Positions 28,821-40,519 of a stretch of DNA of 64,000 nt are shown here, one piece after another. The DNA comes from Clostridia bacterium (GTDB lineage: Bacteria; Bacillota; Clostridia; Oscillospirales; CAG-272). Positions within the stretch are counted from its first letter, which is position 1. Every line of letters starts with the position of its first letter. The translations under genes were made by a program, and so were the position numbers. The notes under the pieces are model-generated. The model searched no databases and was not told where the DNA came from. It saw nothing but the letters and a program-made list of their open reading frames with translations. The stretch lies in NCBI GenBank assembly GCA_017938205.1, contig JAGBCA010000004.1:434-64433 (forward strand). Reading direction: 5' to 3'.

Positions 28821-29660
28821 ATGATAGAATTAAGATACTCGCAAATGGAGGCTAAAGCATTGTTTTATTCAGAGAACGAACTATTTTTTGACCATTGGAT
28901 CCAACTTCATATAATTAAATGCGGCAAGCGTACGAATGCGGTGGATCATTCCTTTGGCCCAAAATCAAGAAAGCATTCCTGGCTTATTTTTGTTAAAAAC
29001 GGAGAAGGCGTACTAAAAACCGGAGGCGGTTCGTACAAGTTTCACGAACACTGCGTTTTTTCGACCTTTCCGAATCAAGAATTTGAGTACACGTTTTCAG
29101 GATATTCCGACATTATGTGGATATGCTTCGACGAAGCGGTTTCTATTCTTCCGAATCATCTTGGACTTCACCCACATTCACCCGTCAAATATATTGAAGA
29201 TTTCGGAAAAGTTGAGGACGCCTTCGATGCTATGTATTCCCTTTCGCGTTCAAATCTCCAAAGCGATCAATACAGAATTTTATCACACTTTTATGCGCTT
29301 TTTGCGATATTAACCGAAAAAACACGAGAGGTTCGGATACCCGATGCTTCATACGCGGATTATGCTATTCGTTATTTTGAAAACAATTATATGAATGATA
29401 TATATATAACCGATTTAGCAAAAACACTTGGAATAGAGAGTAGCTACTTATCTAAGCTCTTTAAAAAACAAGTGGGATGCAGTCCCATCGAATATCTTAC
29501 AAAAGTACGTATCGATAAAGCCAAGCAGCTTCTGAAATTTCCACCCTATTCAATAAAAAACGTCGCAAAGGCTGTCGGTTTTTCGGATCCTCTTTATTTC
29601 TCAAAAATATTCAAGCATTATACCGGCTTAAATCCTACTGAATTTACAAAAACAACATAA
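28821..29660 (+). CDS. AraC-family transcriptional regulator
   Basis: It has a C-terminal double HTH (LAKTLGIESSYLSKLFKK..., GFSDPLYFSKIFKHYTGLNPTEF). It is divergent from the transporter/GH20 pair. Confidence 0.88.
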   Translation: MIELRYSQMEAKALFYSENELFFDHWIQLHIIKCGKRTNAVDHSFGPKSRKHSWLIFVKNGEGVLKTGGGSYKFHEHCVFSTFPNQEFEYTFSGYSDIMWICFDEAVSILPNHLGLHPHSPVKYIEDFGKVEDAFDAMYSLSRSNLQSDQYRILSHFYALFAILTEKTREVRIPDASYADYAIRYFENNYMNDIYITDLAKTLGIESSYLSKLFKKQVGCSPIEYLTKVRIDKAKQLLKFPPYSIKNVAKAVGFSDPLYFSKIFKHYTGLNPTEFTKTT

Positions 29661-29661
29661 A

Positions 29662-29701
29662 AATGCGCAGTATGAGCGGCTCTTCGCTCATACTGCGCAT
29701 T
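29662..29701. terminator. Bidirectional terminator (perfect 17-bp stem)
   Basis: AATGCGCAGTATGAGCG-GCTCTT-CGCTCATACTGCGCATT lies between the convergent AraC gene and ftsH. Confidence 0.8.
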
Positions 29702-29708
29702 CAAATTA

Positions 29709-31922
29709 TTAAATATCTTCGCTATCATCCTTGGAATCGGTGGATTTTTCATCCGCACGGAGATTACCAAAAAGCCCGTCGAGATCAATAGGCGGATTGT
29801 TTTCTGCCTCTGCCTTCGCCTTAGCCTCTGCCTCTGCGCGCTGTCTTGCCTCTTCCTCTTCCTTCTGCTTCTTTTCATAAGCAGATTTGTTTTCGGCTTC
29901 GCTCTTGCGACGTTTTTCGTCCGCAATATTCAAAATATCCGTGATGGTAGGATTCTCCATTTCCATAGCGGCACGGAACTGCTCCTCATCCATCGATTCA
30001 TTCTTAAACAGATATTCTGCCACAAAATGAAGCTTATCGATATGCTCGGTAAGGATCTTTGTGCAACGCTCGTATGCATTCGCGATGATGCCGCGAATCT
30101 CTGCATCGATCTCTGCCGCCGTTGCCTCAGAGTAATTTTTGCCGGAGGAGAAATCTCTGCCAAGGAATACCTCGTCAGAGGAGTGCTCCGATCCGTAAAG
30201 CACCGTGCCAAGCTTTTCGCTCATACCGTAGCGCGTTACCATAGAACGAGCGATCTGCGTTGCCTTCTGAATATCACTGGATGCACCCGTGGAAATATCG
30301 TCAAGAACGATCTGCTCCGCTACGCGACCGCCGAGAGAGAGCACGATCTGATCGATCATCTGATTTTTGGAGGTGGTCATCTGATCCTTGGTGGGAACGC
30401 TGACGGTTACACCGCCGGCACTTCCCGCGGGAATGATCGTGATATGCTTCACGGGATCGGTATGCTTACAATAATAGGATGCCACCGCATGACCTGCCTC
30501 ATGGTAAGCGCAAAGCTTGTTGTCTTCGGGGGTACGAACCTTCGCCTTCTTTTGAGGACCAAGGAGGAGCTTCATATACGACTGCTCGATATCCTCCATA
30601 CCGATCAGGGACTTACCGCGCTTAGCGGCAAGAAGCGCTGACTCATTCATAAGGTTGGCAAGCTCAGCACCCGTGAAGCCGATGGTAGTCTGCGCGATCT
30701 TGCGAAGATCCACCGTCTCCTCCAGGGGCTTATTGCGACAATGCACGCGAAGGATCTCTTCTCTGCCGCGCATATCGGGATAATTCACCGTCACACGACG
30801 GTCAAAACGACCGGGGCGCAGAAGCGCGGGGTCAAGGATATCCGGACGGTTGGTTGCCGCCATAACGATAACACCGGAATTGGTGCCAAAGCCATCCATT
30901 TCAACAAGCAGCTGGTTCAACGTCTGCTCACGCTCGTCATGTCCGCCGCCAAGGCCTGCACCTCTGTGACGTCCAACGGCGTCGATCTCATCGATAAAGA
31001 TAATACTTGCAGGCGTTTTTCTTGCATTGTCAAAAAGATCGCGTACACGCGAAGCTCCAACGCCCACGTACATTTCCACGAAATCCGAGCCGGAGATCGA
31101 GAAGAACGGAACGCCCGCTTCACCTGCAACAGCCTTCGCAAGCAAGGTTTTACCCGTACCGGGAGGGCCTACAAGCAAAACGCCTCGGGGAATCCTTGCG
31201 CCGAGCTTTACGAATTTGGCAGGATCCTTTAAGAACTCAACAACTTCCTCAAGCTCCGCCTTCTCCTCTTCACATCCTGCAACGTCGGCAAATTTCACGG
31301 CATTTTTATCATTCACGTTCACCTTTGCCTTAGACTTTGAGAATCCTCCCATTTTGCCGCCTCCCATAGAGGACGAGCGCATCACGAAGATCCAAAGCGC
31401 AATGAATACAACGGAGATAATAATATAAGGCAGATAAACCTGATACCAAGGCGTTTCGGCAACCTTCGCAATATCAAACTTTTCAAGATGCGTATTTCCC
31501 GCATCCTTCATTGCGACAGCCTTTTCGTGTATCGTATCCAGCTGAATGTTATAGCTAAGCTCATATTCGACAGTCGAATAATCCGGTTTGCCATCCTTCA
31601 TCTTGTAGACATACGCAACGGCATTTCCCTCTTCGTCTACCAGCTGTCCACTTGAATCTCTTCTGGTTTCGTCTATAATATTTCCGTTTTTGTCCAGAGG
31701 ATTCCCGTTTTTATCCTTCTCTATCTCCCATATTTTCATGGTCAGGCTGAGATTGCCATCCAGCTCAAATTCAACAACCTGATCTCTATCAAACATTTCC
31801 AAAATATCTGAATAGACCTTCTCTTCGCTCTTACTCAGGTTGCGATTGAAGATCGAAACTCCGACAACAACCGTCGCTACCACAACCAAGAGAAGGATGA
31901 TGTTCTTAAAATTTGCCTTCAT
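29709..31922 (-). CDS. ftsH: ATP-dependent zinc metalloprotease FtsH
   Basis: The 737-aa ORF has Walker A GPPGTGKT, the SRH region and the zinc motif HEAGHA. It follows tilS, as in Bacillus. Confidence 0.95.
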   Translation of the reverse strand: MKANFKNIILLLVVVATVVVGVSIFNRNLSKSEEKVYSDILEMFDRDQVVEFELDGNLSLTMKIWEIEKDKNGNPLDKNGNIIDETRRDSSGQLVDEEGNAVAYVYKMKDGKPDYSTVEYELSYNIQLDTIHEKAVAMKDAGNTHLEKFDIAKVAETPWYQVYLPYIIISVVFIALWIFVMRSSSMGGGKMGGFSKSKAKVNVNDKNAVKFADVAGCEEEKAELEEVVEFLKDPAKFVKLGARIPRGVLLVGPPGTGKTLLAKAVAGEAGVPFFSISGSDFVEMYVGVGASRVRDLFDNARKTPASIIFIDEIDAVGRHRGAGLGGGHDEREQTLNQLLVEMDGFGTNSGVIVMAATNRPDILDPALLRPGRFDRRVTVNYPDMRGREEILRVHCRNKPLEETVDLRKIAQTTIGFTGAELANLMNESALLAAKRGKSLIGMEDIEQSYMKLLLGPQKKAKVRTPEDNKLCAYHEAGHAVASYYCKHTDPVKHITIIPAGSAGGVTVSVPTKDQMTTSKNQMIDQIVLSLGGRVAEQIVLDDISTGASSDIQKATQIARSMVTRYGMSEKLGTVLYGSEHSSDEVFLGRDFSSGKNYSEATAAEIDAEIRGIIANAYERCTKILTEHIDKLHFVAEYLFKNESMDEEQFRAAMEMENPTITDILNIADEKRRKSEAENKSAYEKKQKEEEEARQRAEAEAKAKAEAENNPPIDLDGLFGNLRADEKSTDSKDDSEDI

Positions 31923-31969
31923 TCAGGATTCCGTACCTTTCTTTGTATTAAAGGGATCATTTCCCCCGT

Positions 31970-33343
31970 TTAGAAAAAGAACGCGGCGGTGAGCGCATTT
32001 TCCGAATGCGCACCGTCATCTCGCACGCCGAAGCCGGGCACCCAAACAATGCCCTTTGCATCACATAGAATGGGAATCGTTTCCCTCTCTCGCAACGGAA
32101 GCTTCCGGTCGTTAAAAATCTTTTTCAGTTTATGTGTCATGCCACCGTAATAATAAGCATCACCGTCCCTGCGATAACGCACGAACAATTCGCCTTCAAT
32201 TATAGCAGAGGCTAAATTTACTTTGATTGAAAAATTGTAAATATTTGGCGAAAAATTTTCACACTCGCCACGTGTCAGCAGAAAAGCGCCTCGCGTAAGC
32301 AATAAAGGACGATCGATCTCCAGGCTTTTTGCAAAGCTTTCGCTTCCTGTCTCGTTCTTCTCTCGCTTTTTCAAATAGCAAATGTCCGTATCGGCAAAAA
32401 AGCAAAGATCTCCTGCAAGATCGAATGAAAAAGGGGTATTTTCAGCAATGCGCGTACCAATGGCATCTATCTGCTGTCGCGAAAGCCTTACTCTGTGATC
32501 TTCACACCATTTGAGCATAACGCGGGCAAATATCGCAGGATGAAGCGGCGCAAGTTTATCGCGGGAAATCCCATCTTCTTTTATCAAGGAATAAATCTTG
32601 TCAGCCTCTCTGTTTAAAAAATCATTATCACATATTAGGTTGCGACAAACACGGCGAACCGATACCTCCGGTGAAGCAGAAAGACGAGAAAGCTTCGGTA
32701 AAATTTCATGTCGGATATAGTTTCTCGTGTACGCCGTATCAAGATTCGTTTCATCCTCGATATATAAAATACCTTTTTCGGAAAGAGCGGAGCGAATATC
32801 TTCCTTTGACAATCCGATCAATGGACGAATAATATTTTCACGTACGGGAGGGATCCCGGCGAGACCGCCGCTTCCGCATCCGCGCATCAGATGAAAAATA
32901 ACGGTTTCAAGATTATCCGTGGAATTATGGCCAAGTGCAATCGAAGAAATATCATTTCTGCTTTGAATTATATTGTAAAAACAAGAATATCTTGCATTTC
33001 TTGCCGCTTCTTCTATGCCAATGCTCTCACTTTCGGCAAGTGCAGGAACATCGGTATGCAACAGACAAAAATCCACTCCGAGCGATTTGCAGATCTCCTC
33101 GGTAAAGTGCGCATCTCGGTCAGCGGTTTCACCACGGATGCCATGATGCACGTGAACCGCGACCAAAGGAAAGCGATTTTCTTTTTGATACCGTAAGAGA
33201 AGATGTAGCAAGAGCATAGAATCCGCTCCGCCCGAAAAGCCAACAAGCACACCGCGCAAAATCTGCTCCTGCATGCCATACTCTCGAATCGTCGAAAGAA
33301 AGCTTTTGTACGCTAAGTCAAACGTCATTTTATTATCCTTCAT
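31970..33343 (-). CDS. tilS: tRNA(Ile)-lysidine synthase
   Basis: It has the PP-loop motif GFSGGADS. tilS-ftsH synteny supports the call. The start could instead be the ATG at 33328. Confidence 0.88.
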   Translation of the reverse strand: MKDNKMTFDLAYKSFLSTIREYGMQEQILRGVLVGFSGGADSMLLLHLLLRYQKENRFPLVAVHVHHGIRGETADRDAHFTEEICKSLGVDFCLLHTDVPALAESESIGIEEAARNARYSCFYNIIQSRNDISSIALGHNSTDNLETVIFHLMRGCGSGGLAGIPPVRENIIRPLIGLSKEDIRSALSEKGILYIEDETNLDTAYTRNYIRHEILPKLSRLSASPEVSVRRVCRNLICDNDFLNREADKIYSLIKEDGISRDKLAPLHPAIFARVMLKWCEDHRVRLSRQQIDAIGTRIAENTPFSFDLAGDLCFFADTDICYLKKREKNETGSESFAKSLEIDRPLLLTRGAFLLTRGECENFSPNIYNFSIKVNLASAIIEGELFVRYRRDGDAYYYGGMTHKLKKIFNDRKLPLRERETIPILCDAKGIVWVPGFGVRDDGAHSENALTAAFFF

Positions 33344-34721
33344 TTCGAAGGTCTTCCTCGAGCGTTCTGAATTTTGTGAACTGACCGATCCAGCCCATCT
33401 TCACGTTACCTACCGAGCCGTGACGGTTTTTAGCGATAATGACCTCTGCGGTATTTGCGCTCTCTGCTGCCGCATCATCGTCAGAACCGCTGATATCCTT
33501 ATAATATTCATCTCTATAAAGGAAGAGAACAATATCGGCATCCTGCTCGATAGATCCTGAATCTCTAAGATCGGCAAGCGTCGGCTTCTTTCCTGCACCG
33601 GGACGGGATTCGGTTCCGCGGTTCAGCTGTGCGCAACAAATGATAGGAATACCAAAATCCTTAGCCATGATCTTGAGATTTCGGGAAATATCACCAACGG
33701 CAACCGCACGGTTATCCGTATTCATCGTGCTCTGCATAAGTCCGATATAGTCTATGATAACCATACCGAGATTGGGAATACGGCGCAGCTTGGCCTTCAT
33801 ATCGGTTGCAGTGATCGCTGACGTATCATCCACGTAGATCTCACAGCCGGAGAGCGTCGTAATTACTCCTGCAATATTATCCCAGTCCTCCGGCTTAAGC
33901 TGGCCGGAGCGAAGGCTGTAAGAATCGATCAAAGCCTCGCTGGAAAGAATACGTGTCACGAGCTGTTCACCTGACATCTCGAGCGAAAAAATACAAACAG
34001 CCTTACCGGAGGCCTTTGCGGCGTTCACTCCGATATTCATGGCAAACGAGGTTTTTCCCATACCGGGACGAGCGCCTACGATCACAAGATCGCCGGCACC
34101 CATTTGCACGAGCATTCTGTCAAGCCCCGAAAATCCTGTTTTCTGCCCCGATATAGCCCCTTTATTTTCGCATTTTAATTCCAATTCTTGATACACGTTT
34201 TGCATAATATCTCGAATATGGCGAAAATCCTTAGTGGTATTGTTATGCGAAATATCAAAAATCTTCTGCTCGGCGGCATCCACGATCTCACGCACGGGAG
34301 CGGCCGCCTCGTACGCAGAGGTATTCACCTCGTCGCAAATCTGAATGAGTCTGCGAAGCGTTGCATTATCCTTTACAATTTTCGCATAATCCAATACGTT
34401 GGATGCGGAAGGCACGGATTGTGTCAATAAGGAAATATACTGAATGCCCCCTGCCTCATCTCGATCTCCCTGCTCAACCAAAGCGTTCACGAGCGTAACG
34501 GCATCGATCACCTTGCTCTGCATAAACATTTTAACAACCGCGCTGTAAATATGCTGATGCTCAGCCAGATAAAAATCCTCCGGCTGAATCATCCCGCCGA
34601 TTTTGTCAAACGCCTCGGGCTTAATAATAACCGAGCCGAGCAATGCCTGCTCCGCTTCAACGGAAAACGGCATTTGTTTCATGTATCCGGAATCCATAAC
34701 AGTCTCTCTTTTCAAAATCAT
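33333..34721 (-). CDS. dnaB: Replicative DNA helicase (DnaB family; DnaC in B. subtilis nomenclature)
   Basis: It starts [13 protein letters not shown] and has Walker [12 protein letters not shown]. It lies downstream of rplI. Confidence 0.95.
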   Translation of the reverse strand: MILKRETVMDSGYMKQMPFSVEAEQALLGSVIIKPEAFDKIGGMIQPEDFYLAEHQHIYSAVVKMFMQSKVIDAVTLVNALVEQGDRDEAGGIQYISLLTQSVPSASNVLDYAKIVKDNATLRRLIQICDEVNTSAYEAAAPVREIVDAAEQKIFDISHNNTTKDFRHIRDIMQNVYQELELKCENKGAISGQKTGFSGLDRMLVQMGAGDLVIVGARPGMGKTSFAMNIGVNAAKASGKAVCIFSLEMSGEQLVTRILSSEALIDSYSLRSGQLKPEDWDNIAGVITTLSGCEIYVDDTSAITATDMKAKLRRIPNLGMVIIDYIGLMQSTMNTDNRAVAVGDISRNLKIMAKDFGIPIICCAQLNRGTESRPGAGKKPTLADLRDSGSIEQDADIVLFLYRDEYYKDISGSDDDAAAESANTAEVIIAKNRHGSVGNVKMGWIGQFTKFRTLEEDLRNEG

Positions 34722-35161
34722 TCGTGAACGAGAACCTCAAAGGTAGCACCGATATCGGCGAGAATTTTAATATCCACGGAATAATTTCCGTATGCCTTGA
34801 TATTATCCTTCAAGGTGATCTTTCTCTTATCTACGTCCATGCCGATCTTTTTTGCAAGCGCCTCGGCAATATCCTTTGCAGTAACCGAGCCGTAAAGACG
34901 TCCGTCTGCTCCGTGACCCATCTGAATGTCGATCTTAATTCCCTTGATCTTCTCCGCCAGAGCCCGTGCAGCCTTACGATCCTCCTCGATCTTAAACTGC
35001 TTTGCCTCTTCCTTGCTCTTCAATTCTCCCGTAGACTTTGCATCGGCGATCACAGCCTTTTTCTGAGGAAGCAGAAAATTGCGTGCGTATCCATCGGATA
35101 CGTCTACGATCTGATCCTTCTTTCCCTGCCCCTTAACGTCACAAAGCAAAATTACCTTCAT
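34718..35161 (-). CDS. rplI: 50S ribosomal protein L9
   Basis: The 147-aa ORF starts [33 protein letters not shown]. Confidence 0.95.
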   Translation of the reverse strand: MKVILLCDVKGQGKKDQIVDVSDGYARNFLLPQKKAVIADAKSTGELKSKEEAKQFKIEEDRKAARALAEKIKGIKIDIQMGHGADGRLYGSVTAKDIAEALAKKIGMDVDKRKITLKDNIKAYGNYSVDIKILADIGATFEVLVHE

Positions 35162-35179
35162 TGTTTATTATCTCCTTTA

Positions 35180-37174
35180 TTAAGCATCAAAAAAATCGTC
35201 AATTGCGGCCTTCAGCGTCTCGATTACGGACAAGGTGGAGTCCGCCACCACCTGCGCTCCGGCAACGTCAAAATGGCCGCCGCCATGGAATTTTTCCAAG
35301 ATCAACTGCACATTGATCTTACCCGTGGATCTACCGGAAATATGAATTTGATCTCCGATTCGAACCAACGTGAACGCTGCCTCTACGTTTTTCAGCGTCA
35401 ACATTTTATCCGCCGCCTTGGAAGCAATAACGCGGAAGCTTGCATCCGTTTCGCCCTCACAGCTCGAGATCGCCACACAATCTCGGTACATCGTGATGGA
35501 GGTATGGAAGCGCGCCTCCTTGGACAGATCCTTCGGATCGGTCTTAAACAGATCATACACATCCGAGGGGCTTGCACCTGCGCCACGCAAATACTGTGCG
35601 GCCGCAAAGGTTCTCGTTCCCGTATTTCTTGTGAACTGCTTGGTATCAAGCAAAATGCCTGCAAGCAGAAGATCCGCTTCGGATTTGAGCAGCGTTTGAG
35701 AGGTTGCCGCATTTTGGAGCATCTCCGTTACAAGCTCACAGGCGCTGGAAGCAGAGGGCTCAATATACGAAAGCTTGACCCGATCTTCCACCTTTTCCAT
35801 TTTTCTGTGATGATCGATGATCGCCACGGAATTGACACGAGCAGCAATATCTTCAAATTGTGCTCTACCCAAGGTTCCTACGTCCACGATGATCAAAAGC
35901 GTATCGCTCGTAACAAGATCCAGCCCCTCCGCGTTATCAACGAAAACCTGCGAATAGGAAGGCTCTGCCTGCATCAAGCGAATGCACGGTGCAAGATTTT
36001 TATCACGCATATCAACGGCAATGTTGGTTTTTGTACCACACATCTGCGCAAGCTTCGCAATTCCCACGCAGGCACCGAAGGAATCAAAATCTCCATACCG
36101 ATGTCCCATGATCAGAACGTTGTCCGAGCGAGCGATCAAGGCCGTCAGCTGATTTGTGAAGGTTCTTGAACGAACGTTGGAGCGCTTATAAACCGATTTG
36201 GTTCTGCCGCCGTAATACTCAACACCCTCACGGGATTTATACACTGCTTGGTCACCGCCGCGCTGCAAAGCAAGGTCAATGGCCTCACTCGCCATTGCCT
36301 CGCGCTCTGCAAGCGTTTCACCACTGCACGAAACACCGATAGAAACAGTGATCGAAATACCGTCTCCCAAACGCGTATCACGAATGGAATCGAGAATCGA
36401 AAAGCGATCCTCTATGCAAGCAAGCATAGCCTTTTGGCTGAAGAGCATGATATACTTATTGTTTGTATAGGATTTTATGACACCGTTCATATCGGATGCC
36501 CAACGCTTCAGGCAATCATCGACCTCGTTCACCGCATTCTTATACTTCTCATGCACGTACTGCAAAACATCCTCGACGTTATCGATTGCAATATACGCCA
36601 CTGCAACCTGCTCATCGTTATATTTTTGCTCCATAACCGAAAGCTCGGTAATATCCGAAAGCATCAATAAAGAGAGCTCGTTTTGACTGTCCAAGGAAAA
36701 AACCTCGGTTCTGTAAACCGTTTTGTCAACCCGAACAGTTCTGCGCTCATCTTCACTGTCCGACAAAGCAAGATCGCCAAGAAGGACCTCGATATTAAAA
36801 CCGATATAATTTTCATCCTCAGGCAATATTTTACGGGCCGCATCATTATACCACAGCAAGCAACCGTACATATCGAGGATAAAGGAAGGATACGCCGTAT
36901 TGCGCAGCATACCGCCAAGCGCATGATTCACGATCGAATGCACGTCTGACCTCGGTGCTACACCCGTACGCTTGCGGCGAATCAAACCAAGAACCATCAC
37001 CTCGATCAAAAGAGCAAGCGCCGATATAAGGACAGCCAATGCGGGAAGCATAGAGGTGTAAGCCATTAAAATCGCAAGCACGACCATATGCACGCAGGCA
37101 AAGGCAATTACGGTAACGTATTCATCTCGAGAGGCAAACGGAACCTTATCTTTCTTTTGCTCGTTAAAAATCAA
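35180..37174 (-). CDS. gdpP: Cyclic-di-AMP phosphodiesterase GdpP (YybT; DHH/DHHA1)
   Basis: The 664-aa ORF has two N-terminal TM segments, a degenerate GGDEF region, the DHH motif IIDHHR and a C-terminal GGGH. It shows the yybS-gdpP-rplI-dnaB synteny. Confidence 0.88.
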   Translation of the reverse strand: MIFNEQKKDKVPFASRDEYVTVIAFACVHMVVLAILMAYTSMLPALAVLISALALLIEVMVLGLIRRKRTGVAPRSDVHSIVNHALGGMLRNTAYPSFILDMYGCLLWYNDAARKILPEDENYIGFNIEVLLGDLALSDSEDERRTVRVDKTVYRTEVFSLDSQNELSLLMLSDITELSVMEQKYNDEQVAVAYIAIDNVEDVLQYVHEKYKNAVNEVDDCLKRWASDMNGVIKSYTNNKYIMLFSQKAMLACIEDRFSILDSIRDTRLGDGISITVSIGVSCSGETLAEREAMASEAIDLALQRGGDQAVYKSREGVEYYGGRTKSVYKRSNVRSRTFTNQLTALIARSDNVLIMGHRYGDFDSFGACVGIAKLAQMCGTKTNIAVDMRDKNLAPCIRLMQAEPSYSQVFVDNAEGLDLVTSDTLLIIVDVGTLGRAQFEDIAARVNSVAIIDHHRKMEKVEDRVKLSYIEPSASSACELVTEMLQNAATSQTLLKSEADLLLAGILLDTKQFTRNTGTRTFAAAQYLRGAGASPSDVYDLFKTDPKDLSKEARFHTSITMYRDCVAISSCEGETDASFRVIASKAADKMLTLKNVEAAFTLVRIGDQIHISGRSTGKINVQLILEKFHGGGHFDVAGAQVVADSTLSVIETLKAAIDDFFDA

Positions 37175-37200
37175 AATAAACCCTCCTAAGTCTAAATATC

Positions 37201-38172
37201 TTATTCCTTTGAAACACGGTTAGAAATGATCGTAACGTACGTGCCAAGGAAGGAAAGGATCTGCACAGCAGAAACATTCAAAAGGATCAACAAAAAGCCG
37301 ATAACAAGAAGTGAATATCCTCTGCGTTTCGCTTGTGCGGCAACGAAAATCAAATGACGAACCCCGATATAGGCAAAGACCGCCATAAATATAACCAATA
37401 GATTTTGAACCGAGCCGCCAAAAACCGACTCACCGGAGCCTGTCAAAAACGATAGCACGACAAGCAAAATATAAAAGTACGCCGTTATTCTTGACGGAAG
37501 AAAACGCCATGCACGAATATAAGCATCGTCATGCTCGGCATAAGCAACCATGCGCGAAAAAATCTTGCACACAAGGCCGCAAAGCGCGAACGCAGCAACA
37601 ACGAGGTAAGAAACCGAAAGCCGAGCCACATTCAAAAGCATCTCCTCGGAATCCTGCCGCGAAAACAAATAGATACGTACCCCGTTTTCGTCCGTTACGT
37701 AAAAGTCTGATAGCAGATCGATCAAAGCAACCTTTTGAGATTCCAAAAATGTTCCGAGATAGTCCGTAACGGAATTTATACTGTATTCTTTCGTTATACC
37801 TGCAACGGACAAGAAAAGAGCAAGCAATAAATAAACAACGAAAAAAGCAGTCATAGCAAGAACTGTATCCGTTTTATTAAGACGCGCCCGATACATGAAC
37901 CCAAGAATAAGGCCACAGCAAAGTCCGGCGCAAACCGAAAACACTCCGCGAACGCCCCCAAGGAAAGAAACCGCGATAAGCGCTAATGAGATCGACGCGC
38001 AAAGAAGCTTTGATTTTGGTGCAAACCAAAGCAAAAGTGCGAAAAATGATGCAAGCGGTAGAATTAAAAAATCAAAAAAGAAGATAGCACCAATGCCAAA
38101 AAGAATCGTTAGCACGGAAAGAAGAGCTATAAAGCTCTTTGGAGTGATGCCCTCTTTAAAACGCTGTTTCAT
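37201..38172 (-). CDS. YybS-like (DUF2232) membrane protein
   Basis: A 323-aa polytopic membrane ORF immediately upstream of gdpP, as in Bacillus. Confidence 0.7.
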   Translation of the reverse strand: MKQRFKEGITPKSFIALLSVLTILFGIGAIFFFDFLILPLASFFALLLWFAPKSKLLCASISLALIAVSFLGGVRGVFSVCAGLCCGLILGFMYRARLNKTDTVLAMTAFFVVYLLLALFLSVAGITKEYSINSVTDYLGTFLESQKVALIDLLSDFYVTDENGVRIYLFSRQDSEEMLLNVARLSVSYLVVAAFALCGLVCKIFSRMVAYAEHDDAYIRAWRFLPSRITAYFYILLVVLSFLTGSGESVFGGSVQNLLVIFMAVFAYIGVRHLIFVAAQAKRRGYSLLVIGFLLILLNVSAVQILSFLGTYVTIISNRVSKE

Positions 38173-38351
38173 AAAAATGCGCTCCTGAAATAAATTACCA
38201 TTCTATATTATACCACTCTTTATTCAATTTGTAAAGGATTAAAAGCAAATTTATTTTAAATATATAAAGTATTGTTAAAAACGCATTTTTCTCTTGCAAT
38301 CGGATGAAAAATGATGTACAATAATGATATACAAAAAAGGAGGTGCGACTT

Positions 38352-40496
38352 TTGAAGGAAGTACTGCGTCTTGATGACTGTGTGTCATCTCTTCGCGGCG
38401 TTGGCGCCGCAAAAGCAAAGCAGCTTGAGAAGCTTGGTATTCTTTCCGTTCGAGATCTACTGTATTATTTTCCGCGTGCATACGAACGTCGCGGAGATAT
38501 TCGCAAGCTCTCAGAGGCAGAAGAGAATCTTTCAAACTCCTTTTTGCTTACTGTTGGAACAAAAGTCACAACTGCAAAAATACGTAGTGGTTTTTCTATA
38601 TCAAAGTTTCGCGCCTTTGACGAGAGCGGATCTGTGGAGATCATGTTTTTCAATTCCCCGTTCGTCAAAGACGTTTTCCATCTCGGAACCGTTTTTCGTT
38701 TCTATGGGAAGCTTTATTTCCATAAGGGACGCCCAACACTTTCTAATCCCAAATACGAGGCTTATATAGAGGGCATTCCGCTAAAAAATTATGTTCCTGT
38801 CTACTCTTTAACAGAAGGATTGACATCAAATGCAGTTACCAAGCTTGTAGAGCAATGCATGACCGATGCTTTAAGTGCGCTATCGGACCCGTTGCCCGAG
38901 CACATTCGTCTTTCACTCAAGCTTCCGACTTTGAGTTATGCGATCCGTGCCGCGCATTTTCCGCAAACAGATGCCATGCTTTCTGCGGCGCTTCGCCGCC
39001 TTGCTTTTGATGAAATGCTTTTATTTGCTCTTCAGATTGCATATGCAAAGAAGGAGAGGGATACTCGGATCGGTGTAACCATCCCCCCATGTAAGGTTTC
39101 TGAGCTCACTGCGCTTCTACCTTACGAACTAACTGCATCGCAAAAGCGCTCCGTTAATGAAATCTATCGTGATATGACGACGATCAACAAAGAGGGATAT
39201 ACACCCACAATGGCGAGGATCCTCGTTGGTGACGTTGGATCGGGAAAAACCGTGTGCGCTGCTTTGGCAGCTTACATCGCCATAAAAGGTGGATTTCAGG
39301 TTGCCTTCATGGTTCCGACCGAAATTCTCGCAAGACAACATTATACCGAGCTTTCCTCCCTCTTTTCAAAGCTTGGCATAAGAACCTCACTTTTGCTTGG
39401 AGCATCCACTCAAAGCGAAAAAAACAGAGTTTATTCCGAAGCAGAAAAAGGCGAAACAGATATTATAATCGGTACGCACGCCCTTCTTTCCGATAAGGTC
39501 ATCTTTAAAAATCTCGGTCTTGTTATTACCGATGAGCAACACCGCTTCGGCGTTGTTCAACGTGCAACGCTAAAAGAAAAAAACAGTGCCGCGCATCTTC
39601 TCGTCATGAGTGCAACTCCGATACCGAGAACACTTGCGCTCGCGCTCTACGGCGATCTTGATGTTTCGCGATTGACAGAGCTCCCTGCAGGACGAAAACC
39701 GATCGATACCTTTGTAGTAGATGAAAGCTACGAGTCACGTCTGATCGCTTTCATCGAAAAGCAGGTGAACGAAGGCGGACAGTGTTACGTTGTCTGCCCT
39801 GCTATTGAACAGGATGAAGAGGAGGAGTATTTCTCTCCGGAGCGTTTAAATGTATCTCCCACGGTGACTTCCGTCAGCAAAATGAAGAGTGCAATAGAGT
39901 ATGCAGAACGTCTTTCGACATTACTTCCCTCTCTTCGCATTGGTTGCTTGCACGGCAAAATGAAAGCCGCACAAAAGGACGAAATCATGCGTGATTTTTC
40001 CGCCGGAAAAATTCATGTTCTTGTCAGCACGACCGTCATTGAGGTTGGAGTCAATGTCCCAAACAGCAACCTGATGATCGTTCAGAACGCAGAGAGATTC
40101 GGACTTTCACAGCTTCATCAGCTTCGCGGTCGTATAGGTCGCGGAAGCAGGAAGTCCTATTGCGTGTTGGTTACCGGCGATAATGCAGAAAGCGCTCATG
40201 CGCGCTTATCTGTTATGAAACGGACGACCGATGGATATGAAATTGCCGAACAAGATCTTTTGCAACGGGGTCCCGGTGATTTCTTTTCTCAGAATTTATC
40301 AGATAATTTCAGGCAGAGTGGCGGAATTTCTTTTCGCTTTGCAAAATTGTGCGAGGACACCTCTCTATTCGATTCTGCTTTTTCAACTGCTAAAAGTATA
40401 ATTCAAAGCGACCCATCTCTCGACCATCCCGATCATCAAGCGCTGAAAAAAATCCTTATCACCGCAAAAATTTCAGACGTTGCCTCTCTCTCATAA
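38352..40496 (+). CDS. recG: ATP-dependent DNA helicase RecG
   Basis: It has the helicase motifs GDVGSGKT, DEQHRFG and QLHQLRGRIGRG, plus an N-terminal wedge domain. The likely start is the TTG at 38352, 8 nt after AGGAGG; the open frame begins at 38343. Confidence 0.92.
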   Translation: MKEVLRLDDCVSSLRGVGAAKAKQLEKLGILSVRDLLYYFPRAYERRGDIRKLSEAEENLSNSFLLTVGTKVTTAKIRSGFSISKFRAFDESGSVEIMFFNSPFVKDVFHLGTVFRFYGKLYFHKGRPTLSNPKYEAYIEGIPLKNYVPVYSLTEGLTSNAVTKLVEQCMTDALSALSDPLPEHIRLSLKLPTLSYAIRAAHFPQTDAMLSAALRRLAFDEMLLFALQIAYAKKERDTRIGVTIPPCKVSELTALLPYELTASQKRSVNEIYRDMTTINKEGYTPTMARILVGDVGSGKTVCAALAAYIAIKGGFQVAFMVPTEILARQHYTELSSLFSKLGIRTSLLLGASTQSEKNRVYSEAEKGETDIIIGTHALLSDKVIFKNLGLVITDEQHRFGVVQRATLKEKNSAAHLLVMSATPIPRTLALALYGDLDVSRLTELPAGRKPIDTFVVDESYESRLIAFIEKQVNEGGQCYVVCPAIEQDEEEEYFSPERLNVSPTVTSVSKMKSAIEYAERLSTLLPSLRIGCLHGKMKAAQKDEIMRDFSAGKIHVLVSTTVIEVGVNVPNSNLMIVQNAERFGLSQLHQLRGRIGRGSRKSYCVLVTGDNAESAHARLSVMKRTTDGYEIAEQDLLQRGPGDFFSQNLSDNFRQSGGISFRFAKLCEDTSLFDSAFSTAKSIIQSDPSLDHPDHQALKKILITAKISDVASLS

Positions 40497-40519
40497 CGAA
40501 AAACGAAAGGAACATCTAT

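Noticed and set aside
34724-36169. A 481-aa plus-strand ORF spanning rplI and gdpP in antisense
   Set aside because: It crosses a gene boundary of two well-supported minus-strand genes and has no motifs or RBS.
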